Shown piece after piece: positions 36,619 to 43,863 of a stretch of 51,629 nucleotides of DNA; within the stretch, counting starts at the first letter, position 1; every line of letters begins with the position of its first letter. The translations under genes were made by a program, and so were the position numbers. The DNA lies in the NCBI GenBank assembly GCA_958448685.1, contig CAUDEV010000001.1, positions 1 to 51,629 on the forward strand, in the 5' to 3' direction. Below the pieces are notes generated by a model, which saw nothing but the letters and a program-made list of their open reading frames with translations, did not search any database and was not told the DNA's origin. This DNA is from an uncultured Alphaproteobacteria bacterium. GTDB taxonomy: Bacteria > Pseudomonadota > Alphaproteobacteria > RUG11792.

Positions 36619-36684
36619 TTGATTGTTAAATCAGCCTCTTACTATAAGTCTATCATGAATTTTTTTATCTTTCAATAAATAAAA

Positions 36685-36700
36685 TGTTTCACGTGAAACA
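36685..36700. promoter_or_regulatory. parS site 2 (supplies the rimI stop codon)
   Basis: tgtttcacgtgaaaca sits within the 22-bp perfect palindrome aaatgtttcacgtgaaacattt. The rimI TGA (36689-36691) lies inside it. Confidence 0.85.
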
Positions 36701-37159
36701 TTTTGAATTTATAATTTTCTGCATCAAATAAGCATCCGTATTTTTAAAATAAGCCTTTCTTAAGAAGATTATCTTAAATTCTTGCTTCTTATAAAATTCA
36801 ATAGCTATTTTATTTGTAACAGAAACTTCAAGGAAAATTTTGAATTCTGATTTAGAAATGTTCCACGTGAAACATTTTGAATTTAAAAGTGCTGTACCAA
36901 TACCCATTTTTCGATAATTGGGATGAGTTGCTATATATACGATATCTGCTTCGAAATCAGATACCTGAAATATAATATATCCTAGCAATGTTTTATTTAA
37001 GAATGCTCCCGCAGTTTTGTATTGTTGAAGATTTAAATAGGCGTTAAGAGAAGAATCTGAAATTGGATAGTTAGCAAAATGTTTCACGTGAAACATTTTC
37101 AAATTTTGAAAATCATTAAGATTTAAAATTCTAATATGAATATTCTGGAGTAAATCCAT
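36689..37159 (-). CDS. rimI: ribosomal-protein-alanine N-acetyltransferase (GNAT) RimI
   Basis: GNAT motif A (IATHPNYRKMGIGTALL). Directly downstream of tsaB, as is usual. Confidence 0.7.
   Translation of the reverse strand: MDLLQNIHIRILNLNDFQNLKMFHVKHFANYPISDSSLNAYLNLQQYKTAGAFLNKTLLGYIIFQVSDFEADIVYIATHPNYRKMGIGTALLNSKCFTWNISKSEFKIFLEVSVTNKIAIEFYKKQEFKIIFLRKAYFKNTDAYLMQKIINSKCFT
36859..36874. promoter_or_regulatory. parS site 3 (inside rimI)
   Basis: tgttccacgtgaaaca. The C at 36863 makes the rimI codon TGG (W) instead of TGA. Confidence 0.85.
37080..37095. promoter_or_regulatory. parS site 4 (inside rimI)
   Basis: tgtttcacgtgaaaca, read as MFHVKH in rimI. Confidence 0.85.
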
Positions 37160-37715
37160 AATTTATTTGAAGATCTGTGTTTATAAATTGAGAATTTAGT
37201 AAAATAAGAGAAGTATTTAGGAGATCCATTTGAAGTTTTGCTAAGTTAATATTTGAAAATAACCCTGAACTCTCAGCAAATATTAGCTCATTATTTTGTG
37301 AATACTCTTTTGACAAATTTTCTATATTTATTTCCTCTAATTTATTGTTATTGAATCGAGAAGTGAAATAGTCTCCTCGCATTGTCGGGATACCAATAGT
37401 TCCTTTTGAGTAAGTTTCATTTAAGACTTTAAGATAAGTCAGAAAATGGGAAATTCCGCAAAATTTAGCTGTTGGAAAGGAAATTGCAAAGGCCTTTACG
37501 ATAGAATTAATAATTCGAATACTTGTAAAAGAGCAAGGCCCCGAAGAATAGATTAAATTTTCTAAATTATTGATTGAACATTTCGAAATAACATCAGAAA
37601 TAAAAAGAGGTATATTGTCCGCAAGATTCCTCGTTTCGGTTTCAATATATATGTCTTCCAGATCTCCACAAACTATATGAAATTCCTTGCCTTTCAAGAA
37701 AATAGAAATATTCAT
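37131..37715 (-). CDS. tsaB: tRNA t6A37 biosynthesis protein TsaB (YeaZ)
   Basis: GPCSFTSIRIINSIVKAFA matches the GPGSFTGLRIG signature. Synteny with rimI. Confidence 0.7.
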   Translation of the reverse strand: MNISIFLKGKEFHIVCGDLEDIYIETETRNLADNIPLFISDVISKCSINNLENLIYSSGPCSFTSIRIINSIVKAFAISFPTAKFCGISHFLTYLKVLNETYSKGTIGIPTMRGDYFTSRFNNNKLEEINIENLSKEYSQNNELIFAESSGLFSNINLAKLQMDLLNTSLILLNSQFINTDLQINYGFTPEYSY

Positions 37716-38398
37716 TGACGTCTGATCTCGACTTCCGTATATTTTGAAATATCAGCTAAAACATTCTCATCAGGCAGAGGTATGTTCAAATCTTTGCCTG
37801 AAGAACGTATTATGCACTCTTGCAAAACCCACTTTTTAACACCTTTTGAATTTAAAAATTTTGCAATATTAATTAGATCTTCTGAATTGATATTTCTTGA
37901 ATCTACAGTGGTTCTGATTTCAAAATTTATTCCAGAATTTCGAAGTAATTCAAAAGATTCCAAAGCTAGTTTGCCGGAATTTGGCACTTTTGTTATATTT
38001 TCATATTTTTCAAAATCCGTTTTTATATCAAAACCCACCCAATCTAAAATAGGCAAAACTTGTTCAAATTTATTCGGAATTGTCCCGGCCGTATGAATTC
38101 CTGTTAAAAATCCCTCTTGTCTTATAATTGAAATTGCATCATATAGATCCTTTTGCATAAGAGGTTCTCCTCCACTAAACACAACTGCATCCAATAGATC
38201 TTTTCGTTCTTTCAGAAAAGATAAAAGTTCATCAAATTCAATAGTGGCCGGTTTTTTATAATCTTGAAAATCCGGATTATGGCAATAAACGCAACGTATT
38301 GGACAGCCTTGAGAAAAAACAACTGCAGATAATTTCCCCGGGTAATCTAAAGTAGAAAATTTTAAAACTGCAGCTATTTTAAAATCAAGAGTTGGCAT
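37712..38398 (-). CDS. radical SAM activating enzyme (NrdG/PflA-type)
   Basis: STLDYPGKLSAVVFSQGCPIRCVYCHNP contains the CxxxCxxC cluster, followed by the glycine-rich FSGGEPL. Confidence 0.65.
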   Translation of the reverse strand: MPTLDFKIAAVLKFSTLDYPGKLSAVVFSQGCPIRCVYCHNPDFQDYKKPATIEFDELLSFLKERKDLLDAVVFSGGEPLMQKDLYDAISIIRQEGFLTGIHTAGTIPNKFEQVLPILDWVGFDIKTDFEKYENITKVPNSGKLALESFELLRNSGINFEIRTTVDSRNINSEDLINIAKFLNSKGVKKWVLQECIIRSSGKDLNIPLPDENVLADISKYTEVEIRRQ

Positions 38399-38404
38399 AG
38401 ACTT

Positions 38405-40321
38405 TTATTCCGAAAAAGATTTAGATTTTTGTTCAAGATTTTTAAAGAATTCGAGCATAGAATTAAGATCTATTGTTAGTGTATCGTTTGAATTAAGTTG
38501 CCTGATACTAATAGCTCTTTTTTCAATTTCATTTTTCCCTAGGATTATAATAGCAGGAATCTTTGCAAGAGAATGCTGTCTGATTTTATAATTTATCTTC
38601 TCATTTTCCGTATCAAGCTCTGTTCTAAATCCTTCGTTTGCCAAAATAGATTGAACTTCCTTTGCGTAATCAATACTTTCATCCGTCACTGTTGCTATTG
38701 CAATCTGAACAGGAGCAAGCCAAAATGGAAATTTCCCAGCATAATTTTCAATAAGAATTCCAATAAATCTTTCCAGAGATCCCACAATTGCACGATGAAG
38801 CATAACCGGCGTTTGCTTGTTTCCATCAGGATCAATATAGTGAATATTAAAACGTTCTGGCAAATTGAAATCAACCTGAAGAGTTCCACATTGCCAATCA
38901 CGTCCGAGACAATCTTTCAAAACAAATTCTAATTTAGGACCATAGAAAGCTCCTTCACCTTTGTTTATAGTATAACTTAGGCCTGCAGCATTTGCCGCAT
39001 CCATGAGCGATTTTTCAGCTAAATCCCAAACTTCATCACTTCCAACGCGTTTTTCAGGGCGATCCGAAAATTTGACTTTAATTTCATGAAATCCGAAAGC
39101 AGCATAAATCTCTTTCAAGATTGAACAAACATCCATAGTTTCTGAAACTATTTGGTCTGAAGAACAGAAAATATGACCATCATCTTGCATAAACGCTCTT
39201 AGTCTCATGACTCCATGAAGTGAACCTGAGGATTCATTTCGATGACATAAACCAAATTCTCCCATACGAATTGGTAAATCGCGATAACTCTTGACGGCGC
39301 CTGTTTTATAACATATTATATGTCCCGGGCAATTCATAGGCTTTACGGCCATTTGAGTGTCTTCATCTTCAACAACAAACATATTTTCTTTGAATTTCGC
39401 CCAATGTCCAGAAGTTTCCCAGAGAGATTTATTCATAAGCTGTGGAGTTTGAACAAGAAAATATCCATGTTTTCTAATAACAGATGTAATGTAATCTTTA
39501 ATTAAATTAAATAAAATGCAACCGTTTTTTAACCAAAAAACATTTCCTGGAGCAACGTCATCCAAATGAAATATCCCCAATTCTGGCCCAAGTTTCCTGT
39601 GATCACGAGCTTGTGCTTCTTCAAGAAGAGTGAAATAAGCCGTCAGTTCTTTTTTTGTTGGGAAAACGGTCCCATAAATTCTTTGAAGCATATCATTCTT
39701 GCTATCTCCACGCCAATAAGCACCAGCAACAGAGGTCAATTTAAACGTCTCAGAAGAAATATATCCCGTTGAAGGAATATGAGGACCCCGACATAAATCT
39801 GAAAAATCTCCTATTGCATATATGCTTACTTTTTCAGAATCTATAGAGTCAATCAATTCGAGTTTATATTTCTGATCTTTTGAAGAGAAGTATTTTTTAG
39901 CTTCAGATTTTGTCATTTCAGAACGAACAAATGGCAAATTAGCCGCAATGATTTCTTTCATTTTTTGTTCTATCAATGGCAGCTGATCAATTGAAAAATC
40001 TTTTTCAGATTTTATATCATAATAAAATCCATTCTCAATGGCAGGTCCAATTGCTAATTTGGCCTTTGGATCTATTTCCAAAACCGCCTTTGCAAGAACA
40101 TGAGCTGTTGAATGACGAAGTATGTCAAGACCTTCTTGATCAGAATAGGTTAGTAATGTAATTTTATCATTTTCATTTAATTTCGTTGATAAATCAACAA
40201 GTTTTTCATTAATCTTTGCTGCTAAAACTTTTTTTTGTATACCGATTTTGCAAGCAAGATCTAATGCAGAAGAATCATCTTCTATTTCAAATTTTTCGTT
40301 ATTTTTTAAGTATATAATCAT
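38405..40321 (-). CDS. thrS: threonine--tRNA ligase
   Basis: 638 aa with an N-terminal TGS domain, the editing HSTAH motif, class II core motifs (HRNE, FHQFE-like) and an anticodon-binding C-terminus. Confidence 0.95.
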   Translation of the reverse strand: MIIYLKNNEKFEIEDDSSALDLACKIGIQKKVLAAKINEKLVDLSTKLNENDKITLLTYSDQEGLDILRHSTAHVLAKAVLEIDPKAKLAIGPAIENGFYYDIKSEKDFSIDQLPLIEQKMKEIIAANLPFVRSEMTKSEAKKYFSSKDQKYKLELIDSIDSEKVSIYAIGDFSDLCRGPHIPSTGYISSETFKLTSVAGAYWRGDSKNDMLQRIYGTVFPTKKELTAYFTLLEEAQARDHRKLGPELGIFHLDDVAPGNVFWLKNGCILFNLIKDYITSVIRKHGYFLVQTPQLMNKSLWETSGHWAKFKENMFVVEDEDTQMAVKPMNCPGHIICYKTGAVKSYRDLPIRMGEFGLCHRNESSGSLHGVMRLRAFMQDDGHIFCSSDQIVSETMDVCSILKEIYAAFGFHEIKVKFSDRPEKRVGSDEVWDLAEKSLMDAANAAGLSYTINKGEGAFYGPKLEFVLKDCLGRDWQCGTLQVDFNLPERFNIHYIDPDGNKQTPVMLHRAIVGSLERFIGILIENYAGKFPFWLAPVQIAIATVTDESIDYAKEVQSILANEGFRTELDTENEKINYKIRQHSLAKIPAIIILGKNEIEKRAISIRQLNSNDTLTIDLNSMLEFFKNLEQKSKSFSE

Positions 40322-40334
40322 TATTTCCCCTTAT

Positions 40335-40619
40335 TTATTCAACAACTTTCGGAACTGAATACATGTCAAATTTTTTGTATTTCGAGTTGCTCAATAACTC
40401 TTCTTTTGTGTTTGTCATTAATGGAATATCTTTTCTTTCAGGAGTATCTTCCATATCTTTCAGATTATTTATATCAACATCAGAAACATCAATTTTTGAG
40501 AGCTGCTCTATCCAATTGAAAACTTGGTTTAATTTATTGAGGAATTGATCTTTCTCGTTTTCCTCAATTTTAATTTTGGCTAACCGACAAACTTTGTCAA
40601 GATCCGTTATATTTAACAC
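40335..40619 (-). CDS. gatC: Asp/Glu-tRNA amidotransferase subunit C
   Basis: 94 aa with the pattern KVCRLAKIKIEENEKDQFLNKLNQVFNWIEQL, typical of GatC. Confidence 0.85.
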   Translation of the reverse strand: MLNITDLDKVCRLAKIKIEENEKDQFLNKLNQVFNWIEQLSKIDVSDVDINNLKDMEDTPERKDIPLMTNTKEELLSNSKYKKFDMYSVPKVVE

Positions 40620-40683
40620 GATTCATTTATGAAAATGATATTACACCTTATATGATATCATTTTATGGATAATTTTCCAATAC

Positions 40684-41664
40684 TCATAATATATGATCAT
40701 GACCTTTTAAAGTGATGATTCTTCCTCTTGGAGTTTTTTGAATTAATCCTCTTTGAATTAAATATGGCTCTATGACTTCTTCAATTGTATTTGCTGATTC
40801 ACAAAGTGCCGCTGCAATTGTGTCCAAGCCAACAGGACCTCCTCCAAATAGGTCTTTTATAATTCCAAGATACTTTTTATCTTCTGAATCCAATCCCATA
40901 GGATCAACATTTAATTGATCTAAAGAAGCAACCGTTATATCATAAGTTATTATTTTTTTCTCACTAAAACTTGAAAAATCCCGGATTCTCCTGAGCAATC
41001 TATACGCTATTCTTGGAGTTCCACGTGATCTTTTTGAGATTTCTAATGCTGCTGCTTCTTCTATTTCAAATCCCAATAAAGTTGTATTCCTCTCGATTAT
41101 TGAGGCTAGTTCTTCAATTGTATAAAATTCAAAACGAAGTGGTATACCAAAACGTTCACGCAATGGTTGAGTTAATAATCCTAATCGCGTTGTTGCTGCA
41201 ACGACAGTAAATTGAGGAATATCTATTCGAATGGATTTAGCAGTTTGTCCCTCTCCAATTAATATATCTATTTTAAAATCCTCCATTGCCGGATACAACA
41301 TTTCTTCAACAGCGGGATTCATACGATGTATTTCATCAATAAATAAGACATCCTTCTCATTCATATTTGTTAGTATAGCTGCTAAATCTCCAGGCTTTGT
41401 CAATATAGGACCAGATGTAATTTTTATGGAAGAGCCCATTTCATTAGCAATTATTTGTGCCATTGTGGTTTTTCCAAGTCCCGGAGGGCCTGATAAAAGA
41501 ACGTGATCCAAAGCCTCATTACGTGTTTTTGCTGCGTTTATGAAGACTTCTAAATTCTTGCATATTGCTTTTTGTCCTGTGAAATATTCCAAAGATTTTG
41601 GACGAAGAGACTTGTCTGCAAAAATATCTTCAGGTGATAAATTCGGAGTTACAATCCTATCCAT
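40684..41664 (-). CDS. ruvB: Holliday junction branch migration helicase RuvB
   Basis: LRPKSLEYFTGQ, Walker A GPPGLGKTT and Walker B LFIDEIHR. I prefer the ATG at 41664 (MDRIV...) over the track start at 41742. Confidence 0.95.
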   Translation of the reverse strand: MDRIVTPNLSPEDIFADKSLRPKSLEYFTGQKAICKNLEVFINAAKTRNEALDHVLLSGPPGLGKTTMAQIIANEMGSSIKITSGPILTKPGDLAAILTNMNEKDVLFIDEIHRMNPAVEEMLYPAMEDFKIDILIGEGQTAKSIRIDIPQFTVVAATTRLGLLTQPLRERFGIPLRFEFYTIEELASIIERNTTLLGFEIEEAAALEISKRSRGTPRIAYRLLRRIRDFSSFSEKKIITYDITVASLDQLNVDPMGLDSEDKKYLGIIKDLFGGGPVGLDTIAAALCESANTIEEVIEPYLIQRGLIQKTPRGRIITLKGHDHIL

Positions 41665-41763
41665 TATACTCTCATTATGAATAATTAAAATTATTATAAC
41701 ATATTTTGAATAGCTTTGATTATTTGTTGTTTTCGGGAACAAATAGATTTGGGAATCATGAGC

Positions 41764-41805
41764 GCGCGACGTGTGGTAAAATATTCAGGGTACCACACGT
41801 CGCGC
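41764..41805. repeat. GC-rich hairpin repeat, copy D (15-bp stem)
   Basis: gcgcgacgtgtggta (41764-41778) pairs with taccacacgtcgcgc (41791-41805). Loop is aaatattcaggg. Confidence 0.9.
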
Positions 41806-41841
41806 ACTAAATTTCAGACGTAATGGCCATAAAAAGTTTTG

Positions 41842-42423
41842 TCAATTTTTTATTTCAACTCCTGTTTTATCATAAGTTTTTGTATATCCTTGAGCTTTTC
41901 CTTCTATGTATGGTGTTATGGACATAACTTCTCCTGATGGATAGAAGGTTACTTTATCTCCGCTTAATAATCCATTTTCAAAAAAGGAAAGCTCATATAT
42001 ACCCCCTCCTTGCGATTTTGGATAATAAAGTAGATTTTTTCCGGATTTCAATCCATGAATATATTCGCATTCCAAAACTACATCACCAAACTCATCAAAC
42101 GCTTTAAAATGCCCATGTTGAAGTCCGTTCTTATATTCGGACTGAATTTGCTTAATTCCATTTTCGAAATACGTAGTAAATTTTCCGTCTTGTTTCCCAT
42201 TTTTGTATTCGATAATCGAAAGAATCTTTCCCGTTGGATAATATTGTTTTACTTCTCCATTTATGAGGTCGTTTTCATAGTTTATTTCAGAGAGAATAAT
42301 ATTTTCAGGAGATACAAATGTCGTTTTCCCATGCTTTTGTCCATTGACAAAGTGTATGATAACTTTCCCATTTGTAACTTCCTGAACAAATTCTCCAGTG
42401 AAATTATCATTAATTTCAGGCAT
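41842..42423 (-). CDS. MORN-variant repeat protein (YwqK-like)
   Basis: Repeated G..(H/D)G....Y(Y/F).(N/S)G units run through the 193-aa protein. Confidence 0.7.
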   Translation of the reverse strand: MPEINDNFTGEFVQEVTNGKVIIHFVNGQKHGKTTFVSPENIILSEINYENDLINGEVKQYYPTGKILSIIEYKNGKQDGKFTTYFENGIKQIQSEYKNGLQHGHFKAFDEFGDVVLECEYIHGLKSGKNLLYYPKSQGGGIYELSFFENGLLSGDKVTFYPSGEVMSITPYIEGKAQGYTKTYDKTGVEIKN

Positions 42424-43054
42424 TTTCTTTTACAAAGTTATCTAATGCTTCACAGCATCTTTTTGCTCTTTCATTAGATGTTAAAGCATTAATCTTGATT
42501 CCGTTTTTTTCAAAATATTTTCTCATAACAGATTTTGCCCCATCAATAAGAGGAATATTTAGAACAATTATTTCCCTTATTTTTCCAAGTTTAGAATCAT
42601 CTTTTGAAAAAATAACAGACATATCAACATTGTCATTTTTTCCGTTTAAAATACATTTTGTGGAAAGTGTTGAGTTTTTTTCAACTGTATGAAAATTACT
42701 TCCTAGTTTATATTCTTTTACAGTTTGTAATGTTGCAGTTTTTAATCTCCAAAGCAAAAAATTCACTAAAGATTCAATCAGCTTATCGTTTTTTTCACCA
42801 CAGAAATTTTTTGAAATCGCGGTCGTATCCAAATTGTTTAAAGCAAATTTCATCATACTCTGCTCATTTGCTCCTTTTTCAACTAAGTTAATAAATTCTG
42901 GATACATTTCTTTTATTTTATTTTCTGCAGTTGTTTGCAAGTCTGTTTTTTGGCTATTTGCTATTGCTTTGTTTAAATATGACTCACTAATAAATCCTGA
43001 ACATAAGAAAGCAAACATAGCCGTCATAGCTAAAGAAATTTTTTTTAATGACAT
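42416..43054 (-). CDS. periplasmic MlaC/Ttg2D-like lipid-binding protein (tentative)
   Basis: Signal peptide. Size and the C-terminal segment KIREIIVLNIPLIDGAKSVMRKYF resemble MlaC-family proteins. Confidence 0.4.
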   Translation of the reverse strand: MSLKKISLAMTAMFAFLCSGFISESYLNKAIANSQKTDLQTTAENKIKEMYPEFINLVEKGANEQSMMKFALNNLDTTAISKNFCGEKNDKLIESLVNFLLWRLKTATLQTVKEYKLGSNFHTVEKNSTLSTKCILNGKNDNVDMSVIFSKDDSKLGKIREIIVLNIPLIDGAKSVMRKYFEKNGIKINALTSNERAKRCCEALDNFVKENA

Positions 43055-43159
43055 AATATTAAAACCAGTTAAAAATTCTTTCTTTTATTATAACATATTT
43101 TTCATATGATACACTTGTTAGATTTCAAAATTTTCATGTATAGCTAATTGTTAAGATTA

Positions 43160-43246
43160 TGGTGCCCTCGGGGAGACTCGAACTCCCATGTTTCGAAAAA
43201 CGGCAGATTTTGAGTCTGCTGCGTCTACCAATTCCGCCACAAAGGC
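43160..43246 (-). tRNA. tRNA-Leu (anticodon CAA), CCA encoded
   Basis: Reverse complement reads GCCTTTGTGGCGGAATTGGTAGACGCAGCAGACTCAAAATCTGC...GGGAGTTCGAGTCTCCCCGAGGGCACCA. It has a 7-bp acceptor stem, anticodon loop CTCAAAA, a long variable arm and a T-arm GGGAGTTCGAGTCTCCC. Confidence 0.9.
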
Positions 43247-43349
43247 TTATTTTGATTATAAGCCACATTATCAAAAAAATCAATCTAAATATGATAAACT
43301 GTATTATTTCAAAAGATGTGAGACAAAAAGAGAGTCTTCTAACGCAGAT

Positions 43350-43541
43350 TTAATATACAATTAAGAAATCTTCCTGTGTTTCATGTAAAAATTCTTCTAT
43401 AATAATGCGATTCATTCGCTCCAGATTTCCATTGATCTTCGGTGAAGTATGCGGCAAAACAAATAATGGAATTCTTAATTCTTCGCATATTGTTTCAAAA
43501 TCTTTCATAAATTCACTATCTCTATCAACTTGTATAGACTT
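43350..43541 (-). pseudogene. C-terminal remnant of a DDE (rve-domain) transposase
   Basis: Reads IQVDRDSEFMKDFETICEELRIPLFVLPHTSPKINGNLERMNRIIIEEF, matching D.G.EF...P..P..NG..ER.N. There is no N-terminal part or start codon. Confidence 0.7.
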
Positions 43542-43863
43542 AATAGGAAAGGATCTCTTTATTCAATATTTCTTTGGGAAGGTTTTCTAATTTAAAATTC
43601 GATATAAATAATTTCTTCTTTCTAGATTTTCGGCCACTTTTTATTACTAAGTTTGATTTGGCAATTTTAAATTTTTTTGAAATAAATTCTATAAGGGCCA
43701 TATTAGCTTGATTATCTGTTGGTTTTGCATGAACCATAATCTTTAAAAAATATTGGTTTTCAATGGATACCACTCCGGAAATAGTCTCTTTCTTTGCTCC
43801 AGGAGTTAAATAAACTGAAAACTCAATACCATTATTTACCTCCTTAAAGATTTTACCCAGCAT
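43540..43863 (-). CDS. yggU: DUF167 (YggU) family protein
   Basis: VYLTPGAKKETISG...VHAKPTDNQANMALIEFISKKFKIAKSNLVIKSGRKSRKK matches the YggU pattern. Confidence 0.7.
   Translation of the reverse strand: MLGKIFKEVNNGIEFSVYLTPGAKKETISGVVSIENQYFLKIMVHAKPTDNQANMALIEFISKKFKIAKSNLVIKSGRKSRKKKLFISNFKLENLPKEILNKEILSY

Noticed and set aside
113-41805. Extended -10 promoter (TGnTATAAT or TGnTAAAAT) in the hairpin loops
   Set aside because: The motif is present in all four copies, but only copy C points toward a downstream gene (pnp). Copies A, B and D would drive antisense transcripts. The match is more likely a by-product of the conserved AT-rich loop.
43159-43353. Plus-strand 64-aa ORF overlapping the tRNA-Leu locus
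   Set aside because: It is the antisense translation of the tRNA gene and adjacent spacer.
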